Origin: Octopus sinensis
Taxonomy: Eukaryota
NCBI RefSeq assembly: GCF_006345805.1
Contig: NC_043004.1
Span: 95,728,001-95,792,000 of the forward strand
Length of the DNA stretch: 64,000 nucleotides
Reading direction: 5' to 3'
A program made the position numbers and the translations under genes. Below, in pieces: positions 55,325 through 64,000 of the stretch. The notes under the pieces are model-generated. The model did no database searches. It saw only the letters and a list, made by a program, of their open reading frames with translations, and was not told the DNA's origin. Position 1 is the stretch's first letter; each line of letters opens with the position of its first letter.

Positions 55325-56077
55325 TGTATATACATACATTCATACATACATACATACATACATACATACATGCATACATACATACATACATACATACATA
55401 CATACATACATACATACATACATACTTCATACATGCATACATACATACATACATAATACATACATACATACTACATACTGCATACATTCAGCATCATATT
55501 ACATTCATACATACATACAACATACATACATCATCATACATACATCCATACAACATACATCATCTACTACATACCTACATACATCATACATACATGCATA
55601 CTACATTCATACATACAAATCAATACATACATACATACATACATACATACATGCATACTTCATACATACATATATACATTCATACATACATGCATACATA
55701 CATACATACATACATACATACATACATACCTACATACATACATGCATACATTCATACATACATACATACATACATGCATACAACATGCATACATACATAC
55801 AACATACATACATACATACATACATAATACGTACATACATACATACATGCATACATACATACAGCATACATTCATACATATAACATTCATACATACATAC
55901 ATACATACATACATACATGCATACATAATGCATACATACATACATACATACACATTCATACATACATACATACATACATACATACATCATACATACATAC
56001 ATACATACATACAACATGCATACATACATACATACATACATACATATACTACATACATACATACATTCATACATGCA

Positions 56078-56109
<32 letters not shown>

Positions 56110-56590
56110 CATACATACATGCATACATTCATACATACATATATACATTCATAATACATACATACATATACATACATGCATACATACTACATACATGACA
56201 TGCATACATACTAATTCATACATACATACATACATGCATACATTCAACATACATACATACATACCATACATACATACAAGCATACATTCATACATACATA
56301 CCATACATACATGCATACATACATGCATACATACATACATACATAATAATACATACATACATTAAAGTACATTACATACATACATGCATACATAATACAT
56401 GCATACATTCATACATACATAATACATTCATACATACAGACATACATACATACATACATGCATACATAATGCATACTACATACATAATACATACATGCAT
56501 ACATACATACATACATAATACACATACATACATACATATACATATATATATACATACATGCATGTTGCATGCATATATACATACATATAG
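55325..56590. repeat. ~1.3-kb degenerate (CATA)n array
   Basis: Direct reading; many 1-nt indels. Confidence 0.95.
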
Positions 56591-56834
56591 TAGCATGGCA
56601 AATATCATATTTATACGTATATATTTTGAATGCATAAGCTCATACTCATGTTTAAATTCATGAATAAACATATATTAATTAACAATAATTCGCATAAACA
56701 AAACATAGCATAACTTATATATACTCACATTAATAGTGACCTGTATACAACTGAACATTCATGCAGAAATGCATAATACAAATTCGTGCACAAACCATAA
56801 GAATATATGTGGTGTATATTACATACATATAGAG

Positions 56835-56874
<40 letters not shown>

Positions 56875-57496
56875 CATATATATACAAATATATGTATATA
56901 TATATACATATATATATATATATGTATATATATGTATATATATTAATATTATATATATATATTGATGTGTATGTATATATATATGAGTGTGTATAAATAC
57001 AGACACACATATATACATGTAGAGATGTGTAGCTATTGCAGCATGCATGATACATTCTATTTTAATTGTCATTACGAAGCTGCCTGGGAAAAACGATAAA
57101 TGCATGTGAAATATTAAAGAAAATGGTGATGTATGAGAATGAGATATGCATGTATACGGACATAATTACACATTGCTGAACTCATTTGTAATAGGAGATA
57201 TTCCAATGCACCTATAATCTTTCATGATTTTACCATTTTCCAATTTCACGAAAGCTATCTCATCATAGAGGCCCCACTAATAAATGATATAATTTCCAGA
57301 TATTTACTAAATATTGACCAGAGATTTTTATCTTATTAAACAGCATGCATTAAGGCTATTGACCATATTAAACCATGTGTAATCTAGCTTTCTAAATTTG
57401 ATATTTAGCTAAGATGTGACTGTGTTGTATGGAGTCTTGGCTAACCTAAAGAGTCCACAGTTCATGTCCTCCAGTTGATTTTTCTTCATGAGAAGG

Positions 57497-57906
57497 TGTA
57501 GGAGTGGCTGTGTGGTAAGTAACTTGCTAACCAACCACATGGTTCCAGGTTCAGTCCCACTGCGTGGCATCTTGGGCAAGTGTCTTCTGCTATAGCCCCG
57601 GGCCGACCAATGCCTTGTGAGTGGATTTGGTAGATGGAAACTGAAAGAAGCCTGTCGTATATATGTGTATATATGTATGTGTGTGTTTGTGTGTCCGTGT
57701 TTGTCTCCCTAGCATTGCTTGACAAACGATGCTGGTGTGTTTACGTCACCGTCACTTAGCGGTTCGGCAAAAGAGACCGATAGAATAAGTACTGGGCTTA
57801 CAACGAATAAGTCCTGGGGTCGATTTGCTCGACTAAAGGTGGTGCTCCAGCATGGCCGCAGTCAAATGACTGAAACAAGTAAAAAGAGTAAAAAGAGTAA
57901 AAGAGT
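57497..57906 (+). mobile_element. SINE family A
   Basis: Homology; very close to 63103-63522. Confidence 0.9.
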
Positions 57907-58340
57907 ATGATGTTCACAGCCAATGTACTAAACTTACTATAGATCGGTTAACTTAACTGTAAATTGTTGTTGCTTAGTTCCAGACCTGTCCGATCGAAGC
58001 AGTTTAGCTATATTCGTCCAATCTTTTTCTTATTCTTTTATTCTTTTACTCTTCTTTCAGTCATTTAACTGTGGCCATACTGGAGCACCACTTTGAAGGG
58101 TTTTTAGTCAAACAAATTGACCCCAGGGCTTATTTTTTAAGCATAGTACTTACTCCATCGGTCCCTTTTGTTGAACTTCAAAATTATGGGGGATGTAAAC
58201 ACACCAACACCGGTTGTCAAGCAGTGATGGGAGGGGGACAAACACAGACACAAAGACATACGCACACGTAGATATATACATATACATACATACACATGTA
58301 CATACATACATACATAAAGATATATATATATATATATTAT

Positions 58341-58852
58341 ATACATGTGTATATTCAAAGGGCAAGACCGCTAGGTAGTCGGCCGTATGCTAGAAATAGA
58401 TCACCAACGATCAAACTACAAAGAATGTTCTCTAGAGGAAAAGTAACTGCAGTAAATTATTTACTGCAGTTCTTCGCTTCCGGAATTTTTAGCTCGCCAG
58501 AACTAAGACATTTGAAATTATCCCTAATGTAATCGGTAAAACTAAACACGTGTCTGTTTTGGCACAGAAAGCTGGGGTTAGTTTTTCAAATTACATTTGT
58601 CGGAACGATCGCACTGACGAAACTACGGACATTTGGATTATGTAAGTAATTCTTTTGTTAATAGTTGAAACCGCCGGTATGTGATTAATTCTGTTTTTTA
58701 TATAAATTTTCATCTGTCTTGCCCGCCTAATTGTTCTGGTGTTTGCTGAATTTTCCTCTAGAGAACATTCTTTGTAGTTTGATCGTTGGTGATCTATTTC
58801 TAGCATACGGCCGACTACCTAGTGGTCTTGCCCTTTGAATATACACATGTAT
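58341..58852 (+). mobile_element. 512-bp foldback element with 102-bp terminal inverted repeats and an internal hammerhead ribozyme
   Basis: 58341-58442 is the reverse complement of 58751-58852 with one difference; structured, CpG-richer interior. Confidence 0.9.
58607..58686 (+). ncRNA. Type-I hammerhead ribozyme with intact catalytic core
   Basis: Stem I ATCGCA/TGTGAT; CTGACGA (58614-58620); long stem II closed by AACTA/TAGTT; GAAA (58667-58670); stem III ACC-gcc-GGT; GUA cleavage triplet ending at 58679. Confidence 0.8.
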
Positions 58853-59331
58853 TAGAATTTTCTCAATTTTTCAGATTTTTGTATGCTAGACTACTGGTTT
58901 TAAATTAATATTAATTTATCTCCCTCATTATTTAAATATATATTATATACTGTAAAAATTCATGTAATTTCCGCACTATTTTCTGCAAAAACAAAAATGA
59001 ACTTTAAGCTGTGTGCAAATTACAGGAGTAGATTGTTTCCAGAATTGTTTTAGAAATTTTTTTTGTTGGAAGGTGATGTACGAATGTAAACATTTGTACA
59101 GGAAGTTGACTCATTTAATGTCAGAATAGTTTTTTACAGAAAAAATATAATGAAGTCGACTTTTATTTATACTGGGTGGTATAATGCTTACTTTTTTTGT
59201 ATAAATTTACTAAAACTATTAAATAGTTGACTACTTTTTGAAGTTTGACTTTCATGCTGGTAATCACAGTCCAGTCCATATTTTACATTGCTTGGAGTTT
59301 CTACCTATCTCAATGGAACCAAGCAATTTCC

Positions 59332-59560
59332 TTAACCATTTAGCATTTAAACCGGCCATATCCAGCCAAAAGTATTCTGCTTGTTTTATGTTCAAACTGG
59401 CTAGATCTGGTCTCTTACACCAACCCTACAATATCGTTTTAAAAATTAACAGCTGCCTCATCAAAATCTCATAGCTACAAGATAATGCATGGTTAGTTCA
59501 AAATAATGAGGATGAAGAAGCATTAATTTTGGCAGAATAATGCAAACACTAAAGGGTTAA
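59332..59560 (+). mobile_element. piggyBac-type MITE, complete, with TTAA on both sides
   Basis: TTAA-CCATTTAG ... CTAAAGGG-TTAA. Confidence 0.8.
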
Positions 59561-60716
59561 ATAGATCAATTTTTCTCTGCTTAAGATGTCTAGCTTGCGT
59601 TTGCCTCCAGGAAGCTACTGTTCACTTTCTCCGCATTAGGACAATGAAATTCATCACTGCCAACATCGCTACTACCAGCTCTTGCTGCATATAATGCTGA
59701 TGACAACATCATAATTCATCCTTGCACATGTAAACTTACCAAGTGAATATAACTTAGTGTTCCTACAGAAACCTTCATTTACCTCATATGTTGTTTAATG
59801 CCATTCCACATACATGTTGAATTATGCAGCAATCTTATGTTCTCTTCATAGAACACTTGTAATGCATGTATTACCAGTTCTTTTGGTATAGTAGATTTTT
59901 GCTATTCTTGTTTATGTATCCTTACAGATGTGTATATTCTAACAAGTTGCTTCTTAAATTTTGCACCTCTCTTGTTCAATAAACACTGAGTTAAACTTGC
60001 GAAGCAGTTTATTTTCTCCTTTCAATTTTTGATGTTTGTTTTAGCGGGTCACTAAACTCTCAGTTTGGTCTCCCGGCAAAAATGGTAATGACAAATTTTT
60101 TAATTTGCTTCACATTTTATAAGTGTGAAAGGGATTAAAATTTCAATACTCCATATCAAAAGTTCCGACAAGAATAGGCAGAAAATCAGCGCTTCAGACA
60201 AGAAGGCACTTTCGACCAATCAGTCACCTTCCTCTGTTGGATGAATAAAGTGTCATCCAATCTGATGTTTATAGGTAACTAAACTTATTTTGCAACACTT
60301 GTGTGTATTTATCAGTTTTGTTTTTGTTGATAAGAATTACCAACGACTTTTCCTATATCATGATTTCGGAAGACATACAGAAGTATGTTAAAGATCAGAC
60401 ATAATCGCTTGTGGACAAGAAATGTAAAATAAAATTTATCATAAACTCAAACACTTTGTAATTTAATAGCTTTCAATTTTAAACAGAAATTATTTTTATC
60501 TAACATAAATTTAACAAAATCTAAACATAAGTAAGTGAAATTATGCTAAATACAACTAAATTGAAAACCTTTTTCCCCTGGCTACATCAGCAATTCTGAA
60601 AACTTTTGGGTGCAAATTTTAGACGAGTAGAAGTTTTTTAAACAATTTTTATCCTGAAAATTCCCTGCATAAATTACACAGCTGCACAAATTACATGGGT
60701 TATATATATATATATG

Positions 60717-60768
<52 letters not shown>

Positions 60769-60769
60769 G

Positions 60770-61124
60770 GTCTTCTTTTAGTTTCCATCTACCAAATATA
60801 CTCACAAGGCTTTGGTTGGCCTGAGGCTATAGTAGAAGACACTTGTCCAAGGTGCCACACTATGAGACTGAACCTTGAATTATGTGATTGGAAATCAAGC
60901 TACTTACCACACAGCCATGCATATTCTTTTATATCTTTTTTTATTCTAGGCATTATATACTCTAAAGTAGTGGTACTCAAGGGATGTAAACACACCAACA
61001 TTGGTTGTCAAACAATGGTGGGCGGACAAAAACATACACAAAAATACATACATGCATACATACGTACGTACGTATGTACGTACATACATACGTACGTACG
61101 TATGTACGTACATACATACATACA

Positions 61125-61158
<34 letters not shown>

Positions 61159-61159
61159 C

Positions 61160-61229
<70 letters not shown>

Positions 61230-61390
61230 GATGGGCTTCTTTCAGTCTCTTTCTACCAAATCCATTCTCAAGGCTTTGATTGGCGTGAGGCTTTAGTAGA
61301 AGACACTTACTCAAGGTGCCATGCAGTGGGACAGAACCTGGAACCATATGGTTGGAAAGCAAGCTTCTTACCACACAGCCATGCCTGCAC
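60770..61390 (-). mobile_element. Two family A SINE copies (partial, then full with expanded CATA/TA)
   Basis: Homology at ~60770-60920 and ~60970-61390. Confidence 0.8.
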
Positions 61391-61979
61391 CTATATAAAA
61401 TTATAAAATAAGAATTTTTAAACATGAAATGGCTATGGGAGATCCATTTGAGTTAAACAGAAATCAAAGGGATCCATAGGCAAAAAATGGTTGATAACCA
61501 TTGCTTTAGACTATAAGATTCAATTTGCTCTTCTTGCTTTTCCAGATGTTAGGCTATGATCAGGATATTTAGCAACTATTTCTAGCATGGTGTGGGATCA
61601 TGTAAAAGCTCCTTGATGGCTAGTTGCTTGCTATAAGTGCATGGCTTAGGATACTGCATTTTATAAATGTAAGTAGCAAAAGTATTGCATCATAAGTGTG
61701 TTTAATAAACTAGAGTTGATCAACTTCAAATTTTGTCTAAGGCCTTTATCAAGCCATAATTCTCACACAAAACCCAAATATTGCTGTGATCTGCTTTACT
61801 TTAAAACCAATCCAATAAATGAAGATCAATAGCAAACTTGGTTTGAAACAATTAACCTAATACCTTTTGTAGTAAAAAAAAAACAACAATTTATTTTTAC
61901 TTCAGGATAGATGTCCCTTTCTTCTATAGCATAAAATGTGTCCTATACTTTGAGACTTACCAGTATGTACAGACTTTAC

Positions 61980-62067
61980 CAGGGTATGCTCATGTCAATC
62001 TATAAACAGACTTTATTACTTTTGTCTTTCATGAAGTCTGTTTATAGATTGACATGAGCATACCCTG
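61980..62067. repeat. Perfect 34-bp inverted repeat with a 20-nt loop
   Basis: cagggtatgctcatgtcaatctataaacagactt (61980-62013) and its exact reverse complement (62034-62067). Confidence 0.97.
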
Positions 62068-62102
62068 CAAAAGAATTTCATAAGCTCAGAAAATATAAAA
62101 GT

Positions 62103-63090
62103 GTGCAATTCGAAATCGAAAAGATGTGGCATCTCAAGACAGTTACAATACCGGTGATTGTAGGAGCACTTGGAATGATCAAAAAAGGAACTGAAAATTA
62201 TTTAGGAAAGATCCTTGGCTTACTTTCCATGCAAGAAGTGCAAAGAGTTGTCATAACTGGTACGTCACACTCTTTACTCTTTACTCTTTACCCTTTTACT
62301 TGTTTTAGTCATGTGGAGCAGCACCTTTAGTCGAGCAAATCGACCCCGGGACTTATTCTTTGTAAGCCTAATACTTATTCTATTGGTCTCTTGTGCCGAA
62401 CCGCTAAGTTACAGGGACGTAAACACACCAGCATCGGTTGTCAAGTGATGTTGGGGGAACAAACACAGACACATATATATGCACACATATACATATATAT
62501 ATACATATCTATGTTGGGCTTCTTTCCATCTACCAATCCACCCTCAAGGATTTAGTCGGCCTGAGGCTATAGTAGAAGACACTTGCCCAAGGTGCCATGC
62601 AGTGGAACTGAACCTGGAACCATGTGGTTCGTAAGCAGGCTACTTACCACACAGCCACTCCTATGCCTAAGCATTTTCTTTCCTTTTTCTCCTTTCATTT
62701 TTTTGTTTACTTTTCTATTCTTGATTTTTTCCTTTTTCTCTATGTCTTCTTTTTCTGTATCACATGACTCTGTAAATGAACAATCTGGTGTGTTTGTTTT
62801 AATGGCCTACCAATGTATACAGTACGTTTCTCTGCCCTAGGTGTCGAGAAGACACTCGGCAAGAAACGGAAACAGAATTGAATGCAGATTCTAATGAAAA
62901 TAATAATAATAATAATAATAATTTCTCTCTGTCATTCTTTCCCTTGTTTTTCTATCACATCACTTTGTAAATGAACAATCTGGTACCTTTATTTTAATGG
63001 CCTACCAATGTATACAGCAAGACACTCGGCCAAAAAAATTGAAAGAAGCGGATAATGATAATAATAACAATAATGATAATAATAATAGTT
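62103..63090 (+). mobile_element. R4/Dong family 1 3' fragment interrupted by a family A SINE (62270-62667, minus), with a duplicated 3'UTR
   Basis: FEIEKMWHLKTVTIPVIVGALGMIKKGTENYLGKI..; ttttaatggcctaccaatgtatac occurs at ~62797 and ~62992 and matches ~43222; (AAT)n tails. Confidence 0.8.
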
Positions 63091-63102
63091 GTAGACATAG
63101 TA

Positions 63103-63522
63103 GGCGCAGGAGTGGCTGTGTGGTAAGTAGCTTGCTAACCAACCACATGGTTCCGGGTTCAGTCCCACTGCGTGGCATCTTGGGCAAGTGTCTTCTGCTA
63201 TAGCCCCGGGCCGACTAATGCCTTCTGAATGGATTTGGTAGATGGAAACTGAAAGAAGCCTGTCGTATATATATGTGTGTTGTGTGTGTGTGTATGTGTG
63301 TGTGTTTGTGTGTGTGAGTTTGTCCCCCTAGCATTGCTTGACAACCGATGCTGGTGTGTTTACGTCCCCGTCACTTAGCGGTTCGGCAGAAGAGATCGAT
63401 AGAATAAGTACTGGGCTTACAAAGAATAAGTCCCGGGGTCGATTTGCTCGACTAAAGGCAGTGCTCTAGCATGGCTGCAGTCAAATGACTGAAACAAGTA
63501 AAAGAGTAAAGAGTAAAGAGTA
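63103..63522 (+). mobile_element. SINE family A
   Basis: Homology; (AAGAGTA)n tail. Confidence 0.9.
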
Positions 63523-64000
63523 TAGTAGTTTCAAATTTGGCTGATACTTATAGTTGAACACTAGTTTGTATTTATGTTATAAGATTCCCTCTGTTGTGAA
63601 GCAGTTTATCCTCACTGATTTGAGAGGAATTTGGAATGGCAGTGATGACACAATTTTTCATTTACATAAAGATGGTGTTTATACCATTAGTGTTGTATTG
63701 CACTAACTTTGTTATGTTTATAACATTTATTTTCGTATGTAAAATGTTTACTTAAAATTGTGCTTTTGTTCAGACTTGTAACACTGGAAATAGAGTTAAT
63801 GTTACTTGTAGTTTTTATCATTGTTATTGCTATTTGCGCTATTGTTATTTTCTGTGTAAAGTCATGTATTTTTCATGACTATTTGTAAAAGTTGTCATTT
63901 AATCATGTTTGTGTTAATAATTTAAAGACTTCCGAAACATCTGTATAGGTGTTTTACAGCATGCTTCGAAACCACTGTCATTCTCTGAAGGCAAGTGTAC

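Noticed and set aside
55240-56671. Long ORFs (up to 207 aa) of HTYI/MYVC repeats, and similar IYIY, NNNN and HHHH ORFs throughout the window
   Set aside because: Translations of stop-free microsatellites. Scattered 1-nt indels in the CATA array may also be consensus errors.

Overview
AT-rich, microsatellite-dense metazoan non-coding DNA. The SINE, LINE and microsatellite repertoire matches what I know of octopus (coleoid cephalopod) genomes; the species assignment is an inference. I found no host protein-coding gene, rRNA or intact tRNA. Nearly every ORF in the track is a translation of (TA)n, (CATA)n, (AAT)n or (CAT)n repeats, or of decayed transposons. The window holds: two very abundant tRNA-headed SINE families (A and B); 3' fragments of RTE, CR1, R4/Dong-type and Penelope non-LTR retroelements; four decayed mariners; piggyBac-type, hAT-type and TA-flanked MITEs; a non-autonomous Helitron; a solo LTR with a 5-bp TSD; and a 100-N gap. 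The most interesting signal is a set of hammerhead-ribozyme (HHR) motifs in five unrelated short elements, most of them TA-flanked and several of them foldbacks. The best one (58607-58686) has an intact core and three helices and sits inside a highly structured element with 102-bp terminal inverted repeats. All structures were paired by eye and have not been folded computationally or searched against databases.
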